From NCBI GenBank assembly GCA_947365805.1, contig CANAZY010000002.1:66945-130944 (forward strand): a stretch of 64,000 bases of DNA, read 5' to 3'. The position numbers and the translations under genes were made by a program. The stretch comes from an uncultured Clostridium sp. Lineage in GTDB: Bacteria; Bacillota; Clostridia; TANB77; CAG-508. Under the pieces are notes generated by a model that saw only the letters and a list, made by a program, of their open reading frames with translations, was not told the DNA's origin and ran no database searches. How positions within the stretch are numbered: the first letter of the stretch is position 1; every line of letters begins with the position of its first letter. Below are positions 20,151 through 30,683 of the stretch, in pieces.

Positions 20151-22073
20151 TTATACTTCCATAAAAATTGGTAATATCATTGGATTTCGTTTTGTTTTTT
20201 GGTAAATATAATCTCTTAACGTATCTTTTAAGTTTGATTTCATGGCTGACCATTCTTTAATTTGTTTTTCTTCACATCTTGCAATTTCATCACGAATCAC
20301 ATTTTTTACTCCATCCATTAGGTTTTCCGATTCTCTTACATAAACAAATCCTCTTGAAATAACATCTGGTCCTGCTACAACTTCACCTGTTGCAGAATCC
20401 ATTGTTAATACAATCACAATTAATCCATCTTGTGATAGATGTTGTCTATCACGTAGTACAATGTTTCCAACATCTCCAACCCCTAATCCATCAACTAAAA
20501 TTCTTCCAGATGGTACAGAGCCTGTTAGTTTAGCTTCATTTTCATTCATTTCTAAAATTCTTCCATTTGTTAAAATAAATGTATTTTCCGAGTCTACTCC
20601 CATTTTCTTTGCTGTTTCAATATGTGCAATTAGTTGCCTATATTCCCCATGAACAGGAATAAAATATTTTGGTTTTGTAAGTGCAAGCATTAATTTTTGT
20701 TCTTCTTGACATGCATGGCCTGAAACGTGTACATCTTCTAATGCACTATATACCACTTCTGCACCAATTTTCATTAAATCATCAATAACTTTGGATACGA
20801 ATTTTTCATTTCCTGGAATTGGACTTGCTGATATAATAACTAAATCATTTGATGTGATGGTTACTTTTTTGTGTTCTCCTGTTGCCATTCTCGTTAACGC
20901 AGACATCGTTTCTCCTTGCGAACCTGTTGTAATAATAACCAATTGTTCATCTGTATAATTTCGAATCATATCGATATCAATAAATACATTATCTGGTACC
21001 CTAATATAGCCAAGTTCAATTGCTGTTGTAATCATATTAATCATACTTCTACCACATACTGCAATTTTTCTACCATATTTTACAGCCGAATTTACAATTT
21101 GTTGCACACGATGTACATTAGATGCAAATGTTGCAACAACAATACGTTTCTTGCAATTTAAAAATAACTTTTCAAATACATCTCCCACAGTACTTTCAGA
21201 CATCGTGTAACCTTTTCTTTCAGAGTTCGTACTATCAGACATAAGAGCTAATACTCCTTGGTTTCCAAGTTCAGCAAGTCTTCCAAAATCCATTCTTTCG
21301 TCATCAATTGGAGTATAATCAATCTTAAAATCTCCTGTATGAATCACTGTTCCAACTGGGGTATGAATTCCAAGGGCTACTGCATCAGGGATACTATGGC
21401 AACTTCTAATAAATTCTACTTTTATTTTTCCAAAATCAATGGTTTGTCCTTGTTCTACTATATTTAATTTTGTACTTCTTACTAGTCCATGTTCTTCTAA
21501 TTTATTTTTAATAAGTCCTACTGTTAATCTTGTTGCATAAATAGGAATATTAATTTGTTTTAATAAATATGGAATAGAACCAATATGGTCTTCATGACCA
21601 TGGGTAATTACTAACCCTTTAATTTTTTCTTTATTTCTTTCTAGATAAGTAATATCTGGTATTACTAGATCAACACCTAGCATATCATCTTCTGGAAACG
21701 CTAACCCACAATCAACAACAATCATTTCGTTTTCATATTCAAACACAGTAATATTTTTTCCAATTTCTAATAATCCTCCAAGTGGGATGATTTTTAATGG
21801 ACTTTTTTTGAAATGAAATTCCTTTTCTTCTTGTCGTTTATTCTCTTTTACCACTTTTGTATTTGCTACTTCTCTATTATTCCTTTTTCTTCTTGTTTGT
21901 GCACTTACTTTTTTTTCTTCTTGTTTGCTTTCTAATTTGTTTTCATTTTCTACCTTTTTCTTTTGATTGTTTTTTGGACCATAGCTCCTTGTTCCTCTTC
22001 TTTTGGTAGCAGGCTGTTTGGTATTGTTTCCAATCTCCTTACTAATTTCTTCTGTTTTACGATTTTCTATCAT
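20151..22073 (-). CDS. rnj: ribonuclease J with Lys/Arg-rich N-terminal extension of roughly 85 aa
   Basis: Metallo-beta-lactamase motif ITHGHEDHIG, beta-CASP and C-terminal domains. The N-terminus is a basic low-complexity region. Confidence 0.9.
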   Translation of the reverse strand: MIENRKTEEISKEIGNNTKQPATKRRGTRSYGPKNNQKKKVENENKLESKQEEKKVSAQTRRKRNNREVANTKVVKENKRQEEKEFHFKKSPLKIIPLGGLLEIGKNITVFEYENEMIVVDCGLAFPEDDMLGVDLVIPDITYLERNKEKIKGLVITHGHEDHIGSIPYLLKQINIPIYATRLTVGLIKNKLEEHGLVRSTKLNIVEQGQTIDFGKIKVEFIRSCHSIPDAVALGIHTPVGTVIHTGDFKIDYTPIDDERMDFGRLAELGNQGVLALMSDSTNSERKGYTMSESTVGDVFEKLFLNCKKRIVVATFASNVHRVQQIVNSAVKYGRKIAVCGRSMINMITTAIELGYIRVPDNVFIDIDMIRNYTDEQLVIITTGSQGETMSALTRMATGEHKKVTITSNDLVIISASPIPGNEKFVSKVIDDLMKIGAEVVYSALEDVHVSGHACQEEQKLMLALTKPKYFIPVHGEYRQLIAHIETAKKMGVDSENTFILTNGRILEMNENEAKLTGSVPSGRILVDGLGVGDVGNIVLRDRQHLSQDGLIVIVLTMDSATGEVVAGPDVISRGFVYVRESENLMDGVKNVIRDEIARCEEKQIKEWSAMKSNLKDTLRDYIYQKTKRNPMILPIFMEV

Positions 22074-22360
22074 TTTTCTCTCCCTATTTAAAACTTAATT
22101 TGAATTTATATTTTTGTACAAAAAAGAAAAATCAGTTGCAATAAACTGATTGATTCTAAGAATTTTATAACAATATATCATAAAAAAATATTGCATTTTT
22201 ACCCGAACCTACGATATCTTTTTATAACTCCATAATTATTTTTCTCTTTTTACGAATCTTCCGTTATACTGTTAATATACGATTTTTATCTCTTTTCATA
22301 CATAAAATTTAAATCTCTTCTTTACCAATGTTTGGTAACAATTGTTTTATATTATACTAT

Positions 22361-22392
22361 AAAAAAAAGCAGAAGTCAATACCGACTTCTGT
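22361..22392 (-). terminator. intrinsic terminator
   Basis: Stem cagaagtc (22370-22377) / gacttctg (22384-22391), T-run on the minus strand. Confidence 0.7.
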
Positions 22393-22397
22393 TTTAC

Positions 22398-23513
22398 TTA
22401 CCTCTCTAACCCTCTATTATGCCTAGCCATTAATGTTTTAGTACTTATCACCATCTTCATTCTGTTTTTCTCTTTTTTCTCTTCTTCCTGTTCGTCAATT
22501 TTTCCAATATAGTCCTTTAGCACATTCTGTTCTTGTCTTCCAATTGCTCCTTTTTGTTTTGCATTTATAAATGCATCTCGAATAATAGTATATTGTAAAA
22601 TCTGCTGACGTTTCTCCCTATCTTGATATTTTTCTGGTATTTGATTCATATAAGCTTTAATTGTTCCTATATCCTTACTCATTGCCGTTAGTTCATCTTC
22701 TATCGTCTCTGATGCTGTCTCTTTATCTCCAATCATATCTGATATTGGTTTCATATTTGCAAATATCTGTCCTAACTCACTTTGTTCCTGATTATTTACA
22801 TATCCTAAAACCTTTTGATATGGTTCTAAAACTTTTTGGATAGGGGTAGTAACAGCCATTTGTTTGATATCATCTGAAGTAATTTGCTTAAAGCCCTTCA
22901 CTATATACTCTGATATTTCTGGTATCACTATTTGTTGTTCTACATATGCATTATGTCTTCTCTCATTTTTTTGTATTTCTTCTTGTGTTATATTGGCTAA
23001 TTCACTATTGGTAAATTCTGTTCGTTTAGTTTCAACTTCTCCATCATTTCTTACTGTACAAAATAGATCTAGTCCTTCTTTTGTCAATTCCCAACCTTGT
23101 TTTATTAAATCCTCAATATAATACTCTGGCTCTAATTCCTCTAGACTTGCAAATTTTTGTATTTTTTCTCCAAAATACTGATTTAAAGCTTTTCTAATCT
23201 TATTAGCTTGTATATTCTTTTCTTTCGTAGATGCTAATATAATGGTTTGTCTCTGATTATGTATTTCATATTTTATAGCAAGTTGATTTGTTTCTTGCAA
23301 ACTTTCCGGAAAAATTGTAATTTCAAATCCATCTTGTAATGCTTCTACAGCATATGGCGCATAATACTCCTGTAACGCTTCTTTCTTTTCACTCATTTCT
23401 TCTTTCGTTAAATTTTCAAATATTTCTTTTGTACTATTACTTTTTTCAAGCATTTCCTTTGTTTTTGTAATTTTTCCTTTTTTTTGTAAAAATTTAAAAT
23501 CCATCTTTTTCAT
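22398..23513 (-). CDS. hypothetical protein (371 aa, Glu/Lys-rich, no TM)
   Basis: Long ORF immediately downstream of the ROK gene on the same strand. No family recognised. Confidence 0.5.
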   Translation of the reverse strand: MKKMDFKFLQKKGKITKTKEMLEKSNSTKEIFENLTKEEMSEKKEALQEYYAPYAVEALQDGFEITIFPESLQETNQLAIKYEIHNQRQTIILASTKEKNIQANKIRKALNQYFGEKIQKFASLEELEPEYYIEDLIKQGWELTKEGLDLFCTVRNDGEVETKRTEFTNSELANITQEEIQKNERRHNAYVEQQIVIPEISEYIVKGFKQITSDDIKQMAVTTPIQKVLEPYQKVLGYVNNQEQSELGQIFANMKPISDMIGDKETASETIEDELTAMSKDIGTIKAYMNQIPEKYQDREKRQQILQYTIIRDAFINAKQKGAIGRQEQNVLKDYIGKIDEQEEEKKEKNRMKMVISTKTLMARHNRGLER

Positions 23514-23519
23514 CCTTTC

Positions 23520-24402
23520 TTATAAAATTGTTGCTCCAATCATTCCTGCATCATTTCCTAATTCTGCAAGCTTTATTATTGTTCTTTTGTTTTGAATTGG
23601 TGGCATAATTCTATCTAATTCTTCCTGTAGCTTAGAAAATAAAATATCTTTATAATATACAAAGCTTCCTCCAATCACCAAAACGTCTGCACTACAAATT
23701 CTTGCCATATTTGCAATTCCAATTGCTACAAATCCAATATATCCTTGAAGAATGTCTTCTACTTTGCTTCTATTTTCGGGCTGTTTTAATATTTCTAATA
23801 TTTCTTTACTTGATAAATTTGGATTATCAAAGTATTGTCTTATTTGCGTTTTAAATGCTTTCATAGAAGCATATGTCTCATAACATCCATTTCGCCCACA
23901 ATTACATTTTCGTCCATTTTTTTGGATTATCATATGTCCTGCTCCTCTAATGTCTTCAACTAACTTCCCTTGCAAGAAAACGGCTGTACCAACTCCAGTT
24001 CCTAATCCTAAAAATATTCCATTATGGCATCCTTTTAGTGCTCCATATTCTTTTTCTGCAATTCCAGCACACATTCCATCGTTTTTCGTAAAACAAGGCT
24101 TGTCTATTTTTTCTTTTACTATATTTTCTATATTTACATTGTTAATTTTCAAATTACAAGCATTATCGATATTGCCATTTCGGGGTCTTCCGAGGAACTG
24201 AAATACCTACCATCTCAATATCACCTAAGTTTGTAGATTCTAAAATTACATCCATTTGTTCATAAAGGAATGTTCGAATTGCTAGTTCTAATCCTTGTTT
24301 ATCTTCTTTTGTAAAATTATATTCTCTCTTTTGTACAACTTTTCCTCTTTCTACCAATCCTATTTGGATATGGCTTCCTCCTAAATCAATCCCAATTTTC
24401 AT
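23520..24402 (-). CDS. ROK-family sugar kinase, contiguous only with a +1 shift at in-frame CGG 24192-24190
   Basis: N-terminal part MKIGIDLGGSHIQIG...VGISVP; C-terminal part ...KNDGMCAGIAE...GLGTGVGTA...CNCGRNGCYETYAS. Skipping C24192 gives VGISVP-G-RPRNGNIDNACNLKINN. Start ATG 24402 with RBS gaagggaga. Confidence 0.75.
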
Positions 24403-24433
24403 AATACATCTCCCTTCTTGTCCATCTTTTTTT

Positions 24434-25786
24434 CTAGAAACCATAAGCTGAAAATAAGAAGTTACCCATGTATAATTGTAAACAAGGCACCAATACGACT
24501 AATACAAAGAAGATTAGTACAACACCAACAATACTATATACTAATTGTGGTAATACCATCATAATTTTTTGTATAATATTGTCAATATCAATATCCATAT
24601 ATTCTAATAATTTATCCATCATTTCTGCTAAATCGGTCTTCATTCCAATCTTTAACATCTCTGTAATCATAGAAGATGGTAAGCCAGACTTTTCAAATGG
24701 CTCAATCCAAGATTGTCCGATTAGAATATTATTAATAGATGTTTCAATTAAAGAAAGCATAACGTAATTTTTACTAACATTTTTACTAACTTCTAATGCT
24801 TCTTGAATTCTCATTCCATTGTTCAAATTCAAAAGCATCGCTCTAATCAATCTTGAAAAATCTAAAGAAAAAATTAGCTTTCCAAAGATTGGCATTGTAT
24901 ATTTAAAATAATCAAAATTATATTTTCCTTTTGGAGTACGAATATAAGCAATAATAGCAATCGCAATTCCAACAACTATTGTAGTTGGAAGATACCAATA
25001 AGCAATTGCAAGATTTAAAAAATCTTTAAACCATATCGTAATTGTTGGTAACTGATCGGTTGAGCCTACTGCTTCAAAAACATTTTCAATCGCAGGAATT
25101 GCAAATAAAGTACCAACGATTAACATGATAAGTAATAAAGCGAATTGCGCAATATTTGGTATTAGAATACTTCTAATTTTTTTATTTAAACTAGAAGAAT
25201 CATCTAAATATTTAATTGCCTGTTCTAACGAATTGGTAAGCGAACCAGATAATTCTCCGACTTTTATCATATTAATGTAGATATAGGGAAATATATTAGA
25301 ATAATATTCCATTGTAGTATACATATTTTCTCCTGCTTCTACTCCTGCTAATATATCCTCTATAATACCTCTTAATAAATAATTTTCTGTACTATCAATA
25401 ATCGTTCTTAATGCATGTACATTATTAAAATTTGCCTTTTTTAATAAATAAAAACTTTGTGTAAATATGACAATATCTCTTGATGTTATTTTTTCTGTTT
25501 TCGATAATGCTTGATTAATCTTTTGTATATACGATTGTCTGTTCTTTTCGCGATTTGCCATTAAGTTTGTTGTATTTGCATTTTTAATAATGTCTTCTAC
25601 ATCCTTTATGTTTCTCTTTTTTGTTTTTATTGGCTTTTTCGAAATTGCAATTTGTTCTGTTATATTAATTGGTATTAAATTATTTCTTTTTAATTTTTTT
25701 ATAACAGCACTACGATTGCTTTCTTCAATTCGATTACTAACAACAACACCATTTGGAGTTAATGCACGATATCGATATACTGCCAT
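24434..25786 (-). CDS. pilC: type IV pilus platform protein PilC (GspF family)
   Basis: Two T2SS-F-like repeats, three TM segments, about 450 aa, directly downstream of pilT. Confidence 0.85.
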   Translation of the reverse strand: MAVYRYRALTPNGVVVSNRIEESNRSAVIKKLKRNNLIPINITEQIAISKKPIKTKKRNIKDVEDIIKNANTTNLMANREKNRQSYIQKINQALSKTEKITSRDIVIFTQSFYLLKKANFNNVHALRTIIDSTENYLLRGIIEDILAGVEAGENMYTTMEYYSNIFPYIYINMIKVGELSGSLTNSLEQAIKYLDDSSSLNKKIRSILIPNIAQFALLLIMLIVGTLFAIPAIENVFEAVGSTDQLPTITIWFKDFLNLAIAYWYLPTTIVVGIAIAIIAYIRTPKGKYNFDYFKYTMPIFGKLIFSLDFSRLIRAMLLNLNNGMRIQEALEVSKNVSKNYVMLSLIETSINNILIGQSWIEPFEKSGLPSSMITEMLKIGMKTDLAEMMDKLLEYMDIDIDNIIQKIMMVLPQLVYSIVGVVLIFFVLVVLVPCLQLYMGNFLFSAYGF

Positions 25787-25803
25787 ATAAGAATCTCCTT
25801 CCT

Positions 25804-26904
25804 TTATTTATTTTTCTTTATTCTAAGTTGCATAATCGTTCGGTTTAATGTTTCAATATTTTTTTCCTCTATTTGAGCTTTTGCTTGCTCTAAAGTTATT
25901 TTTTCATCTACGAAAAGTTCTGCAATTGAATTAATTAATCCTATACTTCCTTTTTCTAAATTACTTTGTATCGCATCTTCAATTTCGGATACACTCAGTT
26001 TATCTTTTCTTATTAAACCTGCCACAATATTATCTACTACCATTACTTCTGGTACTAATGCTAGTTTTCCATCTATTCCTTTTAACAATCGTTGCGATAT
26101 AACTAATTTTAATAAAGAGGCAATTAAATATTTGACAGTTTGTTGATCACTAATATCATAAAAGTTAATCATACGGTCAATTGTTTCTGCACATGACTTT
26201 GTATGTAATGTACCAATTACTAAATGACCTGCTTCTGCTGTTTCAATTGCTGCATCCATCGTTTCTTTATCTCGAATTTCTCCTACAACCACAATGTCGC
26301 AATCTTCTCTTAGTGAGTTTTTAACACCATCACTATAAGATAAACAATCCCCTCCAACACCTACTTCTTTTTGTACAATAATGGATTTTTTGGAATGATG
26401 TTTAAATTCAACAGGACTTTCTAATGTTAATATCTTTTTATTTTGTGTTTCATTAATCTCATTAATTAATGCATTTAACGTTGTTGTCTTTCCAGAGTTT
26501 GTCTTTCCAGTTACTAACATTAATCCTTGTGGTTGAAATGTCATACGTCTTACAATATCTGGAACCCCAAGTTCATCAAATTTTGGTAATTCGTTTTTGA
26601 TAATTCTTAATGTAAATAGAGGGATATCTTCAGAAGCAGATATATTTACCCTGAAACGTTTTCCTACATATTCCAAAGAGGTATCTAATTTTTTGGTTTG
26701 TTTATATATATTATCTTTATCAATATTCCCTCTTACTAGGTAATCATATATTTCACTCATATCTTCTGGTGTTAGTTCTTTTGTTTCTTCTACTGGTATC
26801 AAATCTCTTCTAATTCTAAGCATGGGTTTGTTTCCACAAATAAAATGAATATCAGATGCATCTTTTTCAATTGCGTAATCAAATATTTTTTCGATTTGTA
26901 TCAT
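25804..26904 (-). CDS. pilT: twitching-motility (retraction) ATPase PilT
   Basis: Walker A GKTNSGKTTT, DCDIVVVGEIRD, AGHLVIGTLHT. Confidence 0.85.
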   Translation of the reverse strand: MIQIEKIFDYAIEKDASDIHFICGNKPMLRIRRDLIPVEETKELTPEDMSEIYDYLVRGNIDKDNIYKQTKKLDTSLEYVGKRFRVNISASEDIPLFTLRIIKNELPKFDELGVPDIVRRMTFQPQGLMLVTGKTNSGKTTTLNALINEINETQNKKILTLESPVEFKHHSKKSIIVQKEVGVGGDCLSYSDGVKNSLREDCDIVVVGEIRDKETMDAAIETAEAGHLVIGTLHTKSCAETIDRMINFYDISDQQTVKYLIASLLKLVISQRLLKGIDGKLALVPEVMVVDNIVAGLIRKDKLSVSEIEDAIQSNLEKGSIGLINSIAELFVDEKITLEQAKAQIEEKNIETLNRTIMQLRIKKNK

Positions 26905-26926
26905 TTGTATTTTTCCCTCCTATGTA

Positions 26927-28549
26927 CTAAAATATTACTAATTTTTTATTTAATTCTTCTAATGTTGTAATTCCTTCCATTACTTTATAAATTCCATCAA
27001 TTACTAAAGGTTTAAAAGATTGTTTCATAGCACATTCCTTTATTTTTAAAGTAGATGCATCATTAGCAATTAATTCTCTTATCTCATCATCAATATTTAA
27101 AATTTCGAATATTCCAATTCTTCCATAATATCCTGTATGATTACAATATGTACATCCAACAATATCATACGTCATTTTTCCACTAAAGTCAAAGGTTTTA
27201 CCATATTTTTCCCCAATACTATTCATAATTTTTATTTCTTCTTGTGTAAATTCTCTTTGTTTTGCACAATGAGGGCATACTCTTCTTACTAATCTTTGTG
27301 ATACACTTGTAGCAAGAGTACTTGCAATATCATAATTAGAAACACCCATTTTTCGTAATCTTGTAATTACTTCTATACTATCAATTGTATGAATCGTAGA
27401 AAGTACATAATGTCCTGTTTGCCCTGCTTGAAGTGCAATTTCAGCCGTTTCTTTATCACGAATCTCACCTACTAAAATAATATCTGGATCTTGTCTTAAT
27501 ACCGTTCTTAACGAATCAGAAAAACTGGTTTTAGCGTCAATCTCAATTTGATTTAATCCTGGAATTCGAATTTCAACAGGATCTTCAATTGTTGTTACAT
27601 TGATTTCAGGTCTATTTAAATAATCAATAACACTATATAATGTTGTTGTTTTTCCTTCTCCTGTTGGTGCTGCCATAATCGTAATACTATTTCTTTTGTT
27701 AAAACTTTTTTTAACAGTGTCTTCATCTCCTGGAAATCCTAAATCAAATATTCTTTTAATATCTGCATTTTTCTTTAACAATCTTAAAACAAACTTTTCT
27801 CCATATACATTTTTTTGTGAAGAAACACGAATATTATAATCTGGGTATAATAAAATTCTACCATCTTGTGCTTCTTGTTTTTCTTGATGCATATTAGAAA
27901 TTGCTTTTAATCTACCAATTACTTGTGTCTGTTTTTCCTTATCAATATCTCCTGCTGTAAATAATTCACCATCAATACGATAACGAATTTTTAATTCATT
28001 TTCCATTGGCTCAAAATGGATATCACTTGCTCTTTTATCCATCGCTTTTTTAATAACTGTATCAATCAATCCTGTAATATCTGAAAAAGAATTAATTTCA
28101 TTTGTTTTACTTCCTTCTAAAGACTCTAATATTTTCTCAATATTACTATCAAATGTAATATATTTTTCCATAATAAGCCCTTTATTTAACAAAAGTAATC
28201 GGATAGTATCAATAGCTCTTTTATTGGCCGTATCAGAAAAACAAACCTTAACTCTTCCTCCTTCAATATCAAAAGGCACTGCACGATTTCGTCTTAATAC
28301 ATCTAAAGAAATATAATCGTCTAAATTAATTTTTACATCACTTTTTTCTAATAATATCGCTTTTTCCCCTAAAATTTCTCCAATTGCTTGTATTAATCTA
28401 TAAGAATCACATGCCCCTATAATGTTTAATATATCTCCCATCTTTTGAGTTGGGTTGCTTTTTTGATATTCTAACGCTTTCTTTATATCGTTTTCATTAA
28501 TAACGCCTTTTCTTACTAATTCAATTCCAATTGGTTGTCTTTTCTCCAT
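26927..28549 (-). CDS. pilB: type IV pilus assembly ATPase PilB (GspE family)
   Basis: Walker A APTGEGKTTT, DPDIILVGEIRD, TGHYVLSTIHT, tetracysteine CPHC...CTYC. Start at MEKRQPIG (ATG 28549, RBS aaaggagga). Confidence 0.9.
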   Translation of the reverse strand: MEKRQPIGIELVRKGVINENDIKKALEYQKSNPTQKMGDILNIIGACDSYRLIQAIGEILGEKAILLEKSDVKINLDDYISLDVLRRNRAVPFDIEGGRVKVCFSDTANKRAIDTIRLLLLNKGLIMEKYITFDSNIEKILESLEGSKTNEINSFSDITGLIDTVIKKAMDKRASDIHFEPMENELKIRYRIDGELFTAGDIDKEKQTQVIGRLKAISNMHQEKQEAQDGRILLYPDYNIRVSSQKNVYGEKFVLRLLKKNADIKRIFDLGFPGDEDTVKKSFNKRNSITIMAAPTGEGKTTTLYSVIDYLNRPEINVTTIEDPVEIRIPGLNQIEIDAKTSFSDSLRTVLRQDPDIILVGEIRDKETAEIALQAGQTGHYVLSTIHTIDSIEVITRLRKMGVSNYDIASTLATSVSQRLVRRVCPHCAKQREFTQEEIKIMNSIGEKYGKTFDFSGKMTYDIVGCTYCNHTGYYGRIGIFEILNIDDEIRELIANDASTLKIKECAMKQSFKPLVIDGIYKVMEGITTLEELNKKLVIF

Positions 28550-28632
28550 ATCTCTTTCCTCCTTTGTAACTCTTCTTTTATTATACAACAACTTTTTACA
28601 TATGAACACAAAAGTATTCTAATTACCAGAAA

Positions 28633-29061
28633 TTACATAGCTTCCTTCAAAACATATTTTGTTGTTTTGGTATATTCATTATTTTGCCCTATGGTCATTA
28701 ATACTGTAATAACCGTCTTATCATTTATGTTTTCACTTACAAATTGCAAATTTGCAATATTTTCACAAATTTTAATATGATTAAAATAAATATCATGCTC
28801 CTGAAATGTAAATGTATTGCCTGTATGAAAAGAAATAGACGTATCTGTTTGTTGGACAACAAAATTTTGCTTATTGGTTGTTTCTTCCAAAAAATACATA
28901 TGAAATCTCGTTATTTGTGAGAGATTATTGCTACTATTATCTAATTGATTAACATTGGTATAAAAGAAAGATGTAATGGTAGCAATTGTTCCAATTACGA
29001 TTATCATAGCTATTATATAAACTAGAATACTTGTTATGGTTAAACCAGAATTTGATTTCAT
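28633..29061 (-). CDS. minor pilin/pseudopilin-like protein (MKSNSG|LTITSILVYIIAMIIV)
   Basis: Prepilin-like N-terminus without Glu+5; located inside the pilus operon. Confidence 0.5.
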   Translation of the reverse strand: MKSNSGLTITSILVYIIAMIIVIGTIATITSFFYTNVNQLDNSSNNLSQITRFHMYFLEETTNKQNFVVQQTDTSISFHTGNTFTFQEHDIYFNHIKICENIANLQFVSENINDKTVITVLMTIGQNNEYTKTTKYVLKEAM

Positions 29062-29072
29062 GATTCTCTCCT

Positions 29073-29504
29073 TTATTTTGTAATAAGTGTAGAAACTTCA
29101 ATTTTTTCAACTTTTTCTTGTATGGTGTATTCTACTGTTACGTTTAAAATTTTAATTAAATCTACCTTATCTCTATTTCCTTCTATTTCATTATACTTTT
29201 GTAATTGTGTACTTACATTATAACCTTTTGGTATTGTATCATTTTCTTCTAGCTGTTTTACTATTTGTTCTATCTGATTATGGTCAATTTGCTCATATGG
29301 TTTGGTTTTTATTTCTTCGATTACATCAATTATACAATTGGTTGCAATTGCATTTCGATTTTTAGCAGTTGTCGTCATATATAAATTATAAAAAAGGCTT
29401 GTCATTAACCCTACAAAAGTAATCATCACAATTATTCCAATTGCGATATCCATAGTAGTAAAACCTTTATTTTCCTTTATTGTTAATTTATACTTTTTGT
29501 TCAT
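29073..29504 (-). CDS. minor pilin/pseudopilin-like protein (KENKG|FTTMDIAIGIIVMITFVG)
   Basis: Prepilin-like N-terminus with Asp, not Glu, at +5; inside the pilus operon. Confidence 0.5.
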   Translation of the reverse strand: MNKKYKLTIKENKGFTTMDIAIGIIVMITFVGLMTSLFYNLYMTTTAKNRNAIATNCIIDVIEEIKTKPYEQIDHNQIEQIVKQLEENDTIPKGYNVSTQLQKYNEIEGNRDKVDLIKILNVTVEYTIQEKVEKIEVSTLITK

Positions 29505-29513
29505 ATCTCACCT

Positions 29514-30326
29514 TTATTTTATCATATAATTTATTAAAAAATTAGTGCCTATTAGCATTATTATATTAGCAATGCACATATAAAACGCAAGTGGCTTCTT
29601 AGTATTATTGGTATAAACCTTTTGAGAATTATGTGATTTAATATATAATAGCATATTTTCAATTCCCATAATAAGAATACTGAATAATACCGTAAAAATT
29701 GCTACATATTCATTCGTAACAATTAACATATATAAGACCAAAATTGCTATTTGTATGGTGTCATTTGTTTTTAAATCCTTTTGAAAACAAATTGTATCTA
29801 TAAATAGTAAAATAAGCATCATACCTAAATATATCGCATATTTATACACGTTTTTAACATCTAATGTGCATGAATATATGATATATAAAATAGATACCAA
29901 TACCCCATAATATACAACGGACTTTTGCATTGTATTTTTCTCTTTATTAATTCCTGCTATTAAAAATAAACTTGCAAAATAGAGAATTCCTAATCCTAAA
30001 TAAATCATTTTTTCTACTTGCAAGAAGTAAATATCAATTTTTAAAGATAATCCAAATAACACAAAGACAATACCTGTTAATAATTCAAATAAAAAATATC
30101 TTACTCCAATCGGATTGTTACAGTAACGACATTTTCCTTTTAAAAACAAGTAACTTCCTATTGGAATCAAATCTAAGATTCCCAATTTATGATTACAGTT
30201 AGGGCAATAGGAATGTTTATGTGTTATATTTTCCTTTTTAGGTAAACGATATGTAGCAAGAGTAAAAAAACTACCAAAATATATTCCTATTATAAATAAA
30301 ATAATAAATAAAATTGTCTCAACCAT
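29514..30326 (-). CDS. pilD: prepilin peptidase (A24 family, PilD/ComC-like)
   Basis: N-terminal Zn-finger domain CPNC...CRYCNNPIGVRYFLFELLTG, polytopic membrane body. Start at MVETILF (ATG 30326, RBS aaggagaagg). Confidence 0.7.
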   Translation of the reverse strand: MVETILFIILFIIGIYFGSFFTLATYRLPKKENITHKHSYCPNCNHKLGILDLIPIGSYLFLKGKCRYCNNPIGVRYFLFELLTGIVFVLFGLSLKIDIYFLQVEKMIYLGLGILYFASLFLIAGINKEKNTMQKSVVYYGVLVSILYIIYSCTLDVKNVYKYAIYLGMMLILLFIDTICFQKDLKTNDTIQIAILVLYMLIVTNEYVAIFTVLFSILIMGIENMLLYIKSHNSQKVYTNNTKKPLAFYMCIANIIMLIGTNFLINYMIK

Positions 30327-30393
30327 AACCTTCTCCTTATAAATTTTAAATAAATGGCATATACAATTCTTTGCATATGCCATCTAGTATTTT

Positions 30394-30621
30394 TTATTGT
30401 GTTACATTGTATACAATTGCATTTGTGTCATTAAGTAAAGTATTTAACGCATAATCTTCTTTATGAGCAGCATTTACATAGTTTTGACCAGCTTGTTGTG
30501 CCATATTAAAAATACCACGTTCACCTAATGTTAGACTGATTGTAATACCAGCTAAAATTAATAATACAATAATAGTAATAACTAATGCTACTAGTGTAAT
30601 ACCTTTTTGTCCTTTTAACAT
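30394..30621 (-). CDS. short type IV pilin candidate (75 aa; MLKGQKG|ITLVALVITIIVLLILAG)
   Basis: RBS aaggagga. Prepilin leader, Gly, hydrophobic helix, very short C-terminal part. Sits between the pilMNO-like genes and pilD. Confidence 0.6.
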   Translation of the reverse strand: MLKGQKGITLVALVITIIVLLILAGITISLTLGERGIFNMAQQAGQNYVNAAHKEDYALNTLLNDTNAIVYNVTQ

Positions 30622-30683
30622 AAAAAATTCCTCCTTATTATTTTTTTGATTTGTATATATTTATGATATAAATATAACCCTAG

